Below, in pieces: positions 11,686 through 21,927 of a stretch of DNA of 64,000 nucleotides. The position numbers and the translations under genes are program-made. The stretch is from an uncultured cyanobacterium (GTDB lineage: Bacteria > Cyanobacteriota > Cyanobacteriia > Cyanobacteriales > CAWCAG01), in contig CAWCAG010000007.1 of assembly GCA_963793425.1 (NCBI GenBank), forward strand, positions 192,001 through 256,000. Reading direction: 5' to 3'. Each line of letters opens with the position of its first letter. Position 1 is the stretch's first letter. A model generated the notes under the pieces. The model saw nothing but the letters and a program-made list of their open reading frames with translations, ran no database searches and was not told the DNA's origin.

Positions 11686-11910
11686 ATGATTAATGTTGTT
11701 GGTAAAATTGAACAAAAAGGCTTTGGCTTCGGTACTTGGGCTTTAGTTACAGAAGATGGTCAAACCTATGAACTCAAAGATGCCCCGGATGAGTTACGTA
11801 AACCCGAAATTAAAGTTAAGGTGAAAGGTACAGTACGCGAAGATGTGATGAGTACAGCAATGATCGGGCCAATCTTAGAAGTTGAATCTTTCGAGATAAC
11901 TGATCAATGA
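11686..11910 (+). CDS. Small conserved hypothetical protein
   Basis: 74-aa ORF with GFGFGTWALV and AMIGPILEV; co-oriented with both neighbours. Confidence 0.75.
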   Translation: MINVVGKIEQKGFGFGTWALVTEDGQTYELKDAPDELRKPEIKVKVKGTVREDVMSTAMIGPILEVESFEITDQ

Positions 11911-11996
11911 TCAATGATCACATGGATAGTTGAAAAGAAACTTTTAAACTAAGAAGTTAATCTTTAGTAGTTAGTGTCGGTTACATTCAAGCAAGA

Positions 11997-14420
11997 TTGA
12001 CCTTAATGTGCCAGGAATTTGTTATCTCTGTAACTCCTTTGGGAGAAGATGAATATTTAGTGCGAACGGAGAAAGTTGCGCCCGGAGTTCCCCCTGCGGA
12101 AGAAAAAGTTCACTGGTTGGTGAATAATTGGTTAGAGCAAGGGCAGGAATTGATGGATGATCCGATCTTGCGTTTGCTTCAAGGGCAAAATCTTTTGGGA
12201 GACAAATTTGCTGAAGAACTTTTTTCTACCTCAGAAGATAATAAACTAGAAAAAGATCAAGCTCAACAATCTCGTCGTAATTTAGTTTCTTTGGGACAAC
12301 AACTTTACGAGGCTTTGTTCCAAGGTAGCTTGCTTAATAGTTGGATGATTGCCCAAGGAATTGCAGATAACCATCGTGCTTGCTTGCGCCTCCGCTTAGG
12401 TTTAAAAGACGCTAAAACTCGCAGCTTGCCTTGGGAAGTACTCCACGCTGAAGATCGCCCCCTGGCTACTGGGGTGGATATTGCTTTTTCTCGCTATCAA
12501 CCTAATACTTTGGCCAAAAATCTTAACGACTTATCTCCTTTGGCAAAAAACCAATCCCTGAAAATTTTAATGGCGATCGCAGGGCCAAATGACCAAGAGA
12601 GTCTAGAGTTAAAAGAAGAAGCTATTCAACTAACCGAAGAACTTCAGCGCCATGGTTCCCAAAATTCCCACAACTTACCGCCTGTGGAAGTAACCTTACT
12701 CGAACAGCCAGGAAGAGAGGAATTAACCCAAGCTTTGGAACAAGGAAAATACCAAATTTTCCACTACGCTGGTCATAGTGGTTTAGGAGACTCCGGTGGC
12801 GGGCTTTATTTGGTTAGTCGGAAAACTGGCTTAACAGAAGTATTTTCTGGGGAAGACTTAGCCGGATTACTGGTTAACAACAAAGTGCAGTTGGCTGTCT
12901 TCAATTCCTGTCGTGGGGCAAAAACTGAATGGGAAAGCATTGGGGATCAAAGCCCAAGAAGCAACCTTGCTGATGCAGCTATTAAGCGCGGTGTACCCGC
13001 TGTTTTAGCCATGGCAGAAAGGATTCCCGATGCAGTAGCCCTCAATTTAACCAGACTCCTTTATCGCAACATTAGCCAAGGACATCCCATTGATTTAAGC
13101 CTTAGTCGCGCTAGACAGGGCTTAATTGCAACTTATGGTTCTAATCAACTCTATTGGGCTTTACCCATACTCTACCTCGCTCCTGAGTTTCCCGGCATTA
13201 TTGCCCAAGCAGAAGCAACTGAGGGATATTCTTCTAAGTTAGTGAATTTAACTCAAGGAAGGGATAGTGGTTTAACAGAAGAAGAAGAAAAAGCACTGCT
13301 TTTTTCCCCCCAAACCCTTGATTTTATTCAAGAAGAACAATTAGATAGCTATCCCCACAATCAGCTAAACGATGATGGAGAATTAACTAAAGCAGATTGG
13401 TTAGAAGAAGAAGAAGAAGAAAAAGATAATCTTGACGAAGATCGGGCTTTGATTGAAGATATGTTCAATCAGCTAACTCCTAATCGAAGTGCTAAAGAAG
13501 AAGGCAAACCTGTATCGGAAACATCTTTGGATGATTCTCCATCTGTTAGTGAACAAGAATTAAAACCACCTCATCAAAGAAGAGAACATTGGATTCAAGG
13601 ACTATCTCCTTTGCTTTTAGGGGCAGTTAGTGCCATTGCGATCGCCGCTTTAGGTTTTTGGCTATTTTCTGAACGTCTGCCTTTCCTTAAATCTTCTCCT
13701 CTGCCTGGTGATGAGGTAGTAACTAGCTTAGATAAGCCGGGTGATCTTGCTAAAGCAGATAATGATGTCTTAACGGGTTTGGCGATTGAAGAATTTAGTC
13801 AAAAGGATCTGCAAAAAGGCATCCCCGCCGTAGCAGCATTACTTGACCGAGGGGCTTTAGAATATGCAAAATCAGCCCTAGAAGCCGTTCCTACTGAGCA
13901 AATCAACGAACCTGATATTCTTTTCCTTAAAGGCAGACTAGCTTGGCAAGCAGCCCAATCAGGAGACGAGAAATTCTCTGTTGACGATGCCAGAAGGTTT
14001 TGGGAGTCAGCAATCAAAGAACAGGAAAACTCCCCAGTAACAGAAAAACTAACAGAGGCTATCCCCTATCACAATGCTTTAGGTTTTGCTTACTACGCAG
14101 AAGGTAAATACAACGAGGCTAATCAAGCTTGGTATGATGCTTTAGAATTAGCTGAACAAACAGAAACCCTTGATAGCGACTCAGAGGAGTTACTTGATGC
14201 TTACGCTGGTTTAGCATTGGGGTTAAACAAACTGGCTGAAGCAAAATCACCGGAGGATTCCCCAGAATTTCTTGCTGATAAAGCAATTAAACTCAGGAAA
14301 ATGGTTATTACCAAAAAACCCAAAAGTTTCACCCCTGAAGCCCTAAGTCAAAACTGGCTTTGGCCCCCTGAAGCAATTGAAGATTGGCAAGAATTGTTGT
14401 CAATGAACAATGAACAATAA
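11997..14420 (+). CDS. hetF: HetF-like CHAT (caspase-like) domain protease with TM segment and TPR-like C-terminus
   Basis: N-terminus QEFVISVTPLGEDEYLVRTEKVAPGVP typical of HetF; catalytic motifs FHYAGHSG and FNSCRG intact; acidic linker and one TM helix. Confidence 0.8.
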   Translation: MTLMCQEFVISVTPLGEDEYLVRTEKVAPGVPPAEEKVHWLVNNWLEQGQELMDDPILRLLQGQNLLGDKFAEELFSTSEDNKLEKDQAQQSRRNLVSLGQQLYEALFQGSLLNSWMIAQGIADNHRACLRLRLGLKDAKTRSLPWEVLHAEDRPLATGVDIAFSRYQPNTLAKNLNDLSPLAKNQSLKILMAIAGPNDQESLELKEEAIQLTEELQRHGSQNSHNLPPVEVTLLEQPGREELTQALEQGKYQIFHYAGHSGLGDSGGGLYLVSRKTGLTEVFSGEDLAGLLVNNKVQLAVFNSCRGAKTEWESIGDQSPRSNLADAAIKRGVPAVLAMAERIPDAVALNLTRLLYRNISQGHPIDLSLSRARQGLIATYGSNQLYWALPILYLAPEFPGIIAQAEATEGYSSKLVNLTQGRDSGLTEEEEKALLFSPQTLDFIQEEQLDSYPHNQLNDDGELTKADWLEEEEEEKDNLDEDRALIEDMFNQLTPNRSAKEEGKPVSETSLDDSPSVSEQELKPPHQRREHWIQGLSPLLLGAVSAIAIAALGFWLFSERLPFLKSSPLPGDEVVTSLDKPGDLAKADNDVLTGLAIEEFSQKDLQKGIPAVAALLDRGALEYAKSALEAVPTEQINEPDILFLKGRLAWQAAQSGDEKFSVDDARRFWESAIKEQENSPVTEKLTEAIPYHNALGFAYYAEGKYNEANQAWYDALELAEQTETLDSDSEELLDAYAGLALGLNKLAEAKSPEDSPEFLADKAIKLRKMVITKKPKSFTPEALSQNWLWPPEAIEDWQELLSMNNEQ

Positions 14421-14421
14421 T

Positions 14422-15294
14422 TCAGGTTATCAAGTTATTATTGTTGGGCATTAATTCTCTAAAAGTACCCGGGCCGATGACACCATCTATAACTAAGCCT
14501 TTACTCTTTTGGAACTCTTTTACTGCCTTTTCTGTTAACGGCCCAAAAAAGCCATCAATTTCCAGAGTAATACCTGCCTTGCTTAAAGCTTCTTGCAACG
14601 CTTGAACATCTTTTCCTTCTTGTGTAGGTTGAGTTAGAAATAAAATTCTCGGTGGTGGTGGATCTCCCATCTCTGGTACAACATCTTCTACTTTTTCCCC
14701 AGTTGCAAAACCCATAATCGGTGCTTGACTTAGGCTTAAAGCAGTTTGTTCACCATAAATACCATCTTCATCAAGTTTAGAACTATTGTTTTCGTTCCAA
14801 AGCTTTTGAAAAGCGAGGACAGCCGTATTCCGAATATCTTTTGTACCGCTTCCTCGGTAATCAAAGTGTACAGGATCTCTCGAACCTAACCATTGCCAAC
14901 CATATTTTTCCAAATAAGACCGCCAACTGTAGGCGTCCTCAATATCAATAGCTAAACCGCTTTGGTGGTTACTGCGCCCTGGGGTAGCTGCTAAGCGAAT
15001 ACCACAACGGGCCCCAGAACGATAATGTTGGTAAAGAATAAGTTGCTGAGCGATAGTACGATAGGCAGAGTTAATAAACATCTTCGTACCTCTTGCCTGG
15101 ATAGCTTTTTCTAATGCTTGCAAACCCGGCGGTTGTACATAAGGCCAAACCGCCGCCCCTAAAGAAACATCAAGATGAGCAAAGCTAACCAAAGCATCTT
15201 TACTAACACTATTAATTTTGGCAATAATTTGCTGGTCTAATTGGCGTACTCTAGAAGTAGAGCAAGTAGTTACATCCCTGACTAAAATCACCAT
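14422..15294 (-). CDS. M15-type zinc peptidase with peptidoglycan-binding domains
   Basis: SAYRT, SNHQSGLAID and DPVHFD motifs; DGIYG, DGFFGPLT and DGVIGPGT PG-binding repeats. Confidence 0.85.
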   Translation of the reverse strand: MVILVRDVTTCSTSRVRQLDQQIIAKINSVSKDALVSFAHLDVSLGAAVWPYVQPPGLQALEKAIQARGTKMFINSAYRTIAQQLILYQHYRSGARCGIRLAATPGRSNHQSGLAIDIEDAYSWRSYLEKYGWQWLGSRDPVHFDYRGSGTKDIRNTAVLAFQKLWNENNSSKLDEDGIYGEQTALSLSQAPIMGFATGEKVEDVVPEMGDPPPPRILFLTQPTQEGKDVQALQEALSKAGITLEIDGFFGPLTEKAVKEFQKSKGLVIDGVIGPGTFRELMPNNNNLIT

Positions 15295-15360
15295 AAAAAT
15301 ATTGATTTGTAAGTGATTAATTATAGAATTTTATAATAAATGTTTGATGGTAAATGATAA

Positions 15361-15720
15361 ATGATGTTACCTCCTTTAAACGAAGAAACTATTTGGGCAA
15401 TTCTCAATGAAGAGATTTCTGATGATACAGCTAATGCTTTAGTTTGGCATTATTTAGGCTATCGTTATGATGAAGCGAAGGAAGAATGGGATCTTGAGGG
15501 AGTAGCCACAGAATGGGGACAAAAGTATCCTGAACCACCAGATTTCATAGCCAATCGCCCTCCTACAGTTCAGCTTACCCGTTCTATACCCAAAGAAAAC
15601 AAACAATTACTGAAAGAAAAGTTGGGTTTTAAAGGTTACAAGTTAGGAGAATTTGGGCCAAGACAAACTCGTCGGGCAACTATGGCTAATTGGTTATTAA
15701 GTTATTTTGTTAGTTGCTAA
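15361..15720 (+). CDS. DUF1823 family protein
   Basis: LVWHYLGYRYD, LTRSIPKENKQLLKEKLGFKGYK, TRRATMANWLL. Confidence 0.85.
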   Translation: MMLPPLNEETIWAILNEEISDDTANALVWHYLGYRYDEAKEEWDLEGVATEWGQKYPEPPDFIANRPPTVQLTRSIPKENKQLLKEKLGFKGYKLGEFGPRQTRRATMANWLLSYFVSC

Positions 15721-15746
15721 TGGCTAGTTGCTAGTTGCTAGTTGCT
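15711..15746. repeat. STRR-type heptamer repeat (TAGTTGC)n
   Basis: tagttgc taatggc tagttgc tagttgc tagttgc at a convergent gene junction; same unit at about 53160. Confidence 0.8.
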
Positions 15747-15809
15747 CAGAGGTAATACGTTTTCTCCCTAGCTCCCCAATTCCCTAGCTCCCCATTTCCC
15801 TATTATTCA

Positions 15810-16583
15810 TCAATAAGCATAGGGATCTTTCGGAGTGGAAACTTTGGTTAAAGAACTAGGTTCAACAATTATCTGGCGCTTTCCTCCTACTTCTCCAGCA
15901 ACTATTTTTCCTTTGACTCTTAACCAAGTGTCCGCAGGATATTTGTTATTTGAAGCTGTTAAATTTACTGTTAAGCTAACAGGATAAGCATCAACGGCAC
16001 AGCAAGTCAGTACGAAACGGGAAATTAATAAATAATCATCTCCAAGTTGACTGTCACGCACGACAAATCCGACGACATCAACTTTTTGATCTACATAATA
16101 ATCTGGCTCAGGATAAGCATTAATAGTTCTTACCCAATCTATAATAGTTCGCTCTTCTGGTTTAACTGTAGCCCGAAAAGATTGAGCTTCAACTTTAGTA
16201 GCCGGTAAAGAGTCTGTCACCCCTCTACGCAAAGCAGTTTGGCTACCCAATATTCCAGGGGGAATTATCAAAGCAACTATGGCTACGACTAATAATAATC
16301 CTGTACTCCAACCAGGAGGAAATAAGGTGATATGTTGAAGATTATCTCCTGGTTTCCTGGCTAATTTACGACTGGTTATTAACTGTTTGGCTTTAAATCC
16401 TCCTATGGCGAAAAGAATTAAACCAGAACATAAGACTAAAATAAAATAGTTGGGGTGAATTAATAATTTGAGTTGGCCGGTAAACCAATATTTAAGTAAT
16501 AAAATTCCCCAGGTTATAAAAACAATTACATCTAACCAAGGAAGTTTAGCTTGAAGAAAATTAGTTTGTGAATTTTGTTTCAT
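15810..16583 (-). CDS. TIGR03943 family putative permease subunit
   Basis: LLIHPNY and ISRFVLTCCAVDA motifs; paired with the adjacent permease. Confidence 0.88.
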   Translation of the reverse strand: MKQNSQTNFLQAKLPWLDVIVFITWGILLLKYWFTGQLKLLIHPNYFILVLCSGLILFAIGGFKAKQLITSRKLARKPGDNLQHITLFPPGWSTGLLLVVAIVALIIPPGILGSQTALRRGVTDSLPATKVEAQSFRATVKPEERTIIDWVRTINAYPEPDYYVDQKVDVVGFVVRDSQLGDDYLLISRFVLTCCAVDAYPVSLTVNLTASNNKYPADTWLRVKGKIVAGEVGGKRQIIVEPSSLTKVSTPKDPYAY

Positions 16584-16604
16584 TGCTGATTATTTGCTGT
16601 CTTG

Positions 16605-17624
16605 TCAAAAAAAGTAAGCATATCCTAAACAGAGAATGAAAGTTAGCTGGGCAGCCAAAATAAATAAATAGGTAACTATTTTCGGTTTAAAAACCGATAG
16701 CAGTAAGCCTACAGATTTAAGGTCAATCATCGGACCAAAAACCAGAAAAGCTAATAGAGAAGCACTAGTAAAAGTTGTTGCAAAAGAAAGGGCAAAAAAA
16801 GCATCTACGGTAGAACAAATAGAAACTAATGCAGCTAATAGCATCATAGCCAGAATCGAGCTAATGGAACCTTGCCCCAAATTTAAAATAATTTCGCGAG
16901 GGACAAATACTTGAATACAAGCAGCGATCGCACTACCAACGATTAACATTCCTCCTAATTCTCGCAATTCCTGAATAGTATTATTAAGGAATAAGTCTAA
17001 CTTCTTAGGGGAGGTTTTTGCGGAGCGGGGTTTACTTTTTTTAAACTTCCTAAATTGCTGATAAGCTTCTGAGGCTAAAGACTGAGTTTTACCAGAATTT
17101 CCTAGTAAATAAGTCCCTGATTTTAATAGAGAGGGAGTATCAGGAGAAGTTGAGGTATCTATGCTATAGATGCGTCTTGCCAAAGCTGGTTGCAGTAGGG
17201 GCTTCGCATCAGCTTGATAGCCAAAAACACAACCAATAATAGTAGCAATAGTTAAAGAAAATAACACCCTCAACCAGACAAGTTCCGGTTGGTCTTGAAA
17301 AGCAACCCAAGTTGACCAAATCACGATAGGATTGATGGTAGGAGCTGCAAGTAAGAAGCTACAAGCCACAGCAGAAGGGGTTCCTTGTATTAGTAAGCGT
17401 CTAGCTACGGGTACATTACCGCATTCACATACAGGAAAGAGAAAGCCAATTAAGCTGCCAATTAAAGATCCTAAAAAGGGGTTTTTAGGCAATCGAGAAA
17501 CTAACTGTCGCTCATCAATAAACAAAAGTAGTCCGCTAGAAAACAATACCCCTAGCAGTAAGAAAGGCATAGCCTCGACTAACAAACTTAAAAATAAAGT
17601 GAAGGCGCTGTAAAGTTGATACAT
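16605..17624 (-). CDS. Predicted permease (DUF318/ArsP-like)
   Basis: FPVCECGNVPV, SICSTVDAF, FGPMIDLK. Confidence 0.88.
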   Translation of the reverse strand: MYQLYSAFTLFLSLLVEAMPFLLLGVLFSSGLLLFIDERQLVSRLPKNPFLGSLIGSLIGFLFPVCECGNVPVARRLLIQGTPSAVACSFLLAAPTINPIVIWSTWVAFQDQPELVWLRVLFSLTIATIIGCVFGYQADAKPLLQPALARRIYSIDTSTSPDTPSLLKSGTYLLGNSGKTQSLASEAYQQFRKFKKSKPRSAKTSPKKLDLFLNNTIQELRELGGMLIVGSAIAACIQVFVPREIILNLGQGSISSILAMMLLAALVSICSTVDAFFALSFATTFTSASLLAFLVFGPMIDLKSVGLLLSVFKPKIVTYLFILAAQLTFILCLGYAYFF

Positions 17625-19127
17625 CTTTGCTGCTTATTCGGAGCGTTTTCTATTGTGACAGAAACTGGGAAAGACTGCTTGCAAAAAGACTGGGATCAAG
17701 TTCTGGCAAATTTTCAAAGAATTTGGGGCTACAATGACTTTCGCCCTCCCCAAGGAGAAATTGTTCGTAATATTTTACAAAGTAAGGATGCTTTAATTGT
17801 TTTACCAACAGGTGGGGGGAAATCAGTTTGTTTTCAGCTACCAGCTTTACTACAAAAAGGATTAACCTTAGTTATTTCCCCTTTAGTAGCTTTGATGGAA
17901 AATCAGGTTAAAGAGTTGCGCGATCGCCGCCTGCCCGCTGCCCTTTTACACTCTGGGTTACCCACCTCCCAAAAGCGTAGTGTTTTGCAAGCTTTGGTGA
18001 AACAGCAACTTCGATTACTCTATCTTTCGCCAGAGACACTTTTAAGCAAATCTGTCTGGGAAATCTTGTCTCGCCCTCAGTTGAATATTAATGGTTTAAT
18101 TCTTGATGAAGCACATTGTTTAGTACAGTGGGGAGACACTTTCCGGCCAAGTTATCGCCGTTTGGGGGCTATACGCCCTGCTTTACTAAAAATAAAACCT
18201 CCCGGCAGTAAAATAGCGATCGCAGCTTTTACTGCCACCGCTGATCCTCAAGCCCAACAAATCATTACCAATACTCTACAACTCCAAAACCCTGCCCTGT
18301 TCCTCCATAGCCCCTATCGTTCCAACCTAAATTTGAGGCTAAAAGTAGTTTGGACACCTAAAGGTAGAAAAGCCCAACTCTTAAAGTTTATCCGCACCCA
18401 AGGCAGACAAACGGGGCTAATTTATGTCCGTTCCCGCCGTGAGAGTCAAGAGTTAGCACAGTGGTTAAAATCTTTGGGTTATAAAACAGCAGCTTATCAC
18501 GCTGGTTTAAATGCCCAGCAAAGGAGGCGAATTGAAGGGAGTTGGTTAAGAGGAGAAACTCAATTTGCGGTTTGTACTTCTGCTTTTGGTATGGGAATCA
18601 ATAAACCTAATGTACGTTGGGTGGTTCATTTCCAAGCCCCTCAACTTCTTTCTGAGTATATTCAGGAGGTGGGTAGGGCAGGAAGGGATGGTAAACCTGC
18701 TTTTGCCCTTACTTTAGTCAGCGAACCGACGGGATTGCTTGATCCAAAAGACAAACAACGCAACCGTTTTTTCACAGAAAGCTGGCAAAAAAAGTATCAA
18801 CAAGCTCAAAATTTAGGGAAACAATTACCCTCCCAAGGAGCAATAGAAGCTATCACCAAAGAATTTCCTGACGGGGAAATTGCTTTAGCACTTCTTCACA
18901 GTACAGGAAAATTACAATGGCAAGATCCCTTCCACTATCAATTAGTAGCTAATCAATCCTCTCGTTCTTTTTCCCAACTCCAAGCCACACAAAAAAATCG
19001 CCAAAAACGAATGGTTGAGTACCTGAAGACAAAAACTTGCCGCTGGCACTTTCTTCTTGATGCTTTTGGTTTCCCTCAAACCACAAAAAGTTGGCGGTGC
19101 GGACATTGTGACAACTGCCACACATAA
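17616..19127 (+). CDS. recQ: RecQ family ATP-dependent DNA helicase (short form; true start probably near 17679)
   Basis: LPTGGGKS, DEAH, QEVGRAGRDG, and C-terminal Zn motif CR...CGHCDNC. Confidence 0.9.
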   Translation: MIHLCCLFGAFSIVTETGKDCLQKDWDQVLANFQRIWGYNDFRPPQGEIVRNILQSKDALIVLPTGGGKSVCFQLPALLQKGLTLVISPLVALMENQVKELRDRRLPAALLHSGLPTSQKRSVLQALVKQQLRLLYLSPETLLSKSVWEILSRPQLNINGLILDEAHCLVQWGDTFRPSYRRLGAIRPALLKIKPPGSKIAIAAFTATADPQAQQIITNTLQLQNPALFLHSPYRSNLNLRLKVVWTPKGRKAQLLKFIRTQGRQTGLIYVRSRRESQELAQWLKSLGYKTAAYHAGLNAQQRRRIEGSWLRGETQFAVCTSAFGMGINKPNVRWVVHFQAPQLLSEYIQEVGRAGRDGKPAFALTLVSEPTGLLDPKDKQRNRFFTESWQKKYQQAQNLGKQLPSQGAIEAITKEFPDGEIALALLHSTGKLQWQDPFHYQLVANQSSRSFSQLQATQKNRQKRMVEYLKTKTCRWHFLLDAFGFPQTTKSWRCGHCDNCHT

Positions 19128-19131
19128 TAAT

Positions 19132-19278
19132 CTAGTTTTTCTGTGCTTTCTTATCTCGGTCTTGACGACGGCGATCGCGCCATCCTGCGGAGGTTAAGTA
19201 GACTATGCCCCCAGTGACTAGTATGAGCATAGCCACAGCTGAGAAAAAGAGGAAACTGAGAAGATAATTTTCTGCCAC
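19132..19278 (-). CDS. 48-aa single-TM small protein downstream of petN
   Basis: Not in the track. GTG start 6 nt after the petN stop: MAENYLLSFLFFSAVAMLILVTGGIVYLTSAGWRDRRRQDRDKKAQKN. Confidence 0.7.
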   Translation of the reverse strand: MAENYLLSFLFFSAVAMLILVTGGIVYLTSAGWRDRRRQDRDKKAQKN

Positions 19279-19284
19279 TTGCTT

Positions 19285-19374
19285 TTAAAACCCGTTACGA
19301 CCCCAAACAACCATTGTAATTGACCAAGTGAACAGGACTAAAAGGGATACCCAGCCTAAAGTCAAAATATCCAT
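19285..19374 (-). CDS. petN: Cytochrome b6f complex subunit PetN
   Basis: Not in the track. Manual translation: [29 protein letters not shown]. Confidence 0.96.
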   Translation of the reverse strand: MDILTLGWVSLLVLFTWSITMVVWGRNGF

Positions 19375-19453
19375 AATGCGCTTCTAAAAATCTTTGGTAA
19401 ACAATAACTCTACCTACTATGATACTTCTAAGTGGTAGTATCTCCGTAGAATT

Positions 19454-19900
19454 TTGAGAAGCTTACAGGAAGAAAGAATAGAATCAATTAAAGCCGGTCT
19501 ACTCTCCAGTGCTGCTTTTACGTTAGCTTATATGGTTGTAGCTTTGATTAATCATTTTTGGCTAGCAGGTATTTCTCCTCAACTAACTTCATTACAAAGC
19601 ACTACAACTGCTGAGTTTTTATTAAAGCTAGCTGTCTGTTGTCTGAGTGGTTTCCTGTTTGGCATTGCTTATCGCTACATCGTCCGTAGCGATCACAATT
19701 CTCACCTCAGCGAAGGTGCGGTTTTAGCCTTTGGTTTGGTTCGGGGTTTGGCTACGGTGGAAGTAACCAGTAACTTGCTTGCTAATTTGTACTTTCTAAC
19801 TATCTTAACTATCGAAAGTTTAATCTGTTTTGGAATCGCTCGTTTCATTCTTGATTTTGCCTTACATCAATCCTGGATAGAGCCTTATAACCCTCAATAA
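19454..19900 (+). CDS. Conserved cyanobacterial membrane protein
   Basis: ERIESIKAG, LFGIAYRYIVR and GAVLAFGLVRGL; several TM helices. Confidence 0.75.
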   Translation: MRSLQEERIESIKAGLLSSAAFTLAYMVVALINHFWLAGISPQLTSLQSTTTAEFLLKLAVCCLSGFLFGIAYRYIVRSDHNSHLSEGAVLAFGLVRGLATVEVTSNLLANLYFLTILTIESLICFGIARFILDFALHQSWIEPYNPQ

Positions 19901-20498
19901 ATATCTTCCTTAAGTTATATTTTGTTAATCAGATTTAGATGACATCAGAAAGTTACCTCTTTAAATTTCAGATAGAAAACCAGCCTACTAAGTAATGTTA
20001 CTTCTAAAAAACATAGTTTCATTTTAAGTGCTTCAGTGTTTTAAAGGAGAATAGTTAACAACTTAATTATTAATTATCACAAGAAGTAGTTAAATTCTCG
20101 ATTACATTAATTATCAAATTAGCTAACCTAATTGTTCCCGCTAAAACTAAATCTAGAGCAATAATTTTACTTGTTTGCTTTAAAATAATATTTTTTATAC
20201 AATCGATAATTATTTAGGAGTAATTGACAAGGTGAGAAATCTGTTTTTGACTTAACATTAAAACTAAGCTATTTTTCAAAAAAGCTATTCTTTTTTCAGA
20301 GAAAATTACTGTCAAACCAACTAAAGTTTTTAGCTACTGTCTCTAGTCTTGACTCCACTGAACCTCCTCTAAGCTAATAACAATTACCAATATGAGGAAT
20401 TATTATCTAGATATTTTCATAAGTTCATTGGCTAGAATTGAGTATATTTAGTCTATCGAGCAGTTTAGATCACGTGTTTTTCTCACTCTCTCAGGGTT

Positions 20499-21926
20499 AT
20501 GCTCAAAAACGCTAACGACATACGCTCTCCCGTCTCTACTAAAATCCCTTATCGAATCATTGTTAACTGGTTAAGAGTTATTGTCTTAATCGTTTTAGAC
20601 ACTATAAGTTTGTCTTTAGCTTGGTTAGCGGCTGAGAGATTAGGTACACCGGTCAATAACTTCAACTTGGTTTGGCAACCTGGACAAGAAGCGCCACTGC
20701 TAATACCCATTTTAATGATTACCTTGGGCATTTTGGCCGCATCTGGACTTTATAGCACAGACGATAAACGGCGCAGCTTCATAGCTTTGCTCAAAGCTAT
20801 GGTTCTAGCTCATACCCTTTTGTTGATTACTGCATTTCTCTACAACCCCAAAACTTGGATATCCCGCTCAGTATTTCTCTGGGCTTGGTTGCTAACCCTT
20901 GTCTTTGTTAGCATAGAGCGTTTTCTGCTGCACTTCGTCATCGTCAACCTACGTCGCCGAAAAGCGGTTTTACGTCCCCTAGTTTTTCTCCTCGGTAACC
21001 CAGAAGATATTACTGGGGCTCAAAAGCTACTTAATCGTTCTAGGGAATTTAAGATTTCTGGGACAGCAGATTTATCAATTCGTGAAGATCCTGAAAAATG
21101 GGCGCAAATGCTCCAAGATATCGCAGAACAGAAGGTTAGCGAAGTATTTGTCTGTTCCTGGCAATCTGTTCAAGACCCGATTATTTTATTTTGGGAACTA
21201 AAATCAGCAGGAATCCAACTAAGAGTTCTACCCATCAGTTTGGATTTACCAGGACAGTGGTCTGAAATAAAAATGATTGGTCAATTTACCACAATTAGAT
21301 TCAGTCCCCCTCCTATTATTGGGGGTGATTTCTGGCTTAAAAGAGGTTTTGATTTGCTTGCTTCATCAACATTGCTACTCTTGCTGAGCATACCATTACT
21401 AATAATTTCTATTTCTATTCAACTAGATTCCCCTGGCTCCATATTTTACAAGCAAACTCGTGTCGGTTTGAAAGGTCGCCATTTCAAAGTCTGGAAATTT
21501 CGTACTATGGTCGCCAACGCTAGCCAATTGCAAAAGCAGCTTGAAGAAAGAAATGAAATTAAAGGAGGAATTTTATTTAAGATTAAAGACGACCCACGCA
21601 TTACTAAAGTAGGTAAGCTGCTGCGACAGTATAGTCTTGATGAATTACCTCAATTAATCAACGTCCTGCGGGGAGAAATGAGTCTGGTTGGCCCCCGCCC
21701 TCTGCCAGTAAGAGATGTAGAAAAGTTTTCAGAAACACACTTTTTGCGCCACGAAGTCTTACCAGGAATAACAGGTCTTTGGCAAGTTAGCGGTCGTTCT
21801 AATGCTGATTCTGAAGAGGTATTTTACTTAGACCTTGCCTATATTCAACATTGGTCTTTGGCTCTTGACTGTAAAATTTTACTAAAAACTATTCAAGTTG
21901 TTCTAGCCAGGGAGGGAGCTTATTAA
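20499..21926 (+). CDS. Priming polyprenyl-phosphate sugar-1-phosphate transferase (WcaJ/WbaP type)
   Basis: N-terminal TMs, KFRTM, DDPRIT, SLDELPQLINVLRGEMSLVGPRP. Confidence 0.93.
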   Translation: MLKNANDIRSPVSTKIPYRIIVNWLRVIVLIVLDTISLSLAWLAAERLGTPVNNFNLVWQPGQEAPLLIPILMITLGILAASGLYSTDDKRRSFIALLKAMVLAHTLLLITAFLYNPKTWISRSVFLWAWLLTLVFVSIERFLLHFVIVNLRRRKAVLRPLVFLLGNPEDITGAQKLLNRSREFKISGTADLSIREDPEKWAQMLQDIAEQKVSEVFVCSWQSVQDPIILFWELKSAGIQLRVLPISLDLPGQWSEIKMIGQFTTIRFSPPPIIGGDFWLKRGFDLLASSTLLLLLSIPLLIISISIQLDSPGSIFYKQTRVGLKGRHFKVWKFRTMVANASQLQKQLEERNEIKGGILFKIKDDPRITKVGKLLRQYSLDELPQLINVLRGEMSLVGPRPLPVRDVEKFSETHFLRHEVLPGITGLWQVSGRSNADSEEVFYLDLAYIQHWSLALDCKILLKTIQVVLAREGAY

Positions 21927-21927
21927 A

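Noticed and set aside
19901..20498. 600-bp AT-rich gap upstream of the EPS cluster
   Set aside because: Probably the promoter region, but I could not support any specific binding site, ORF or RNA structure.
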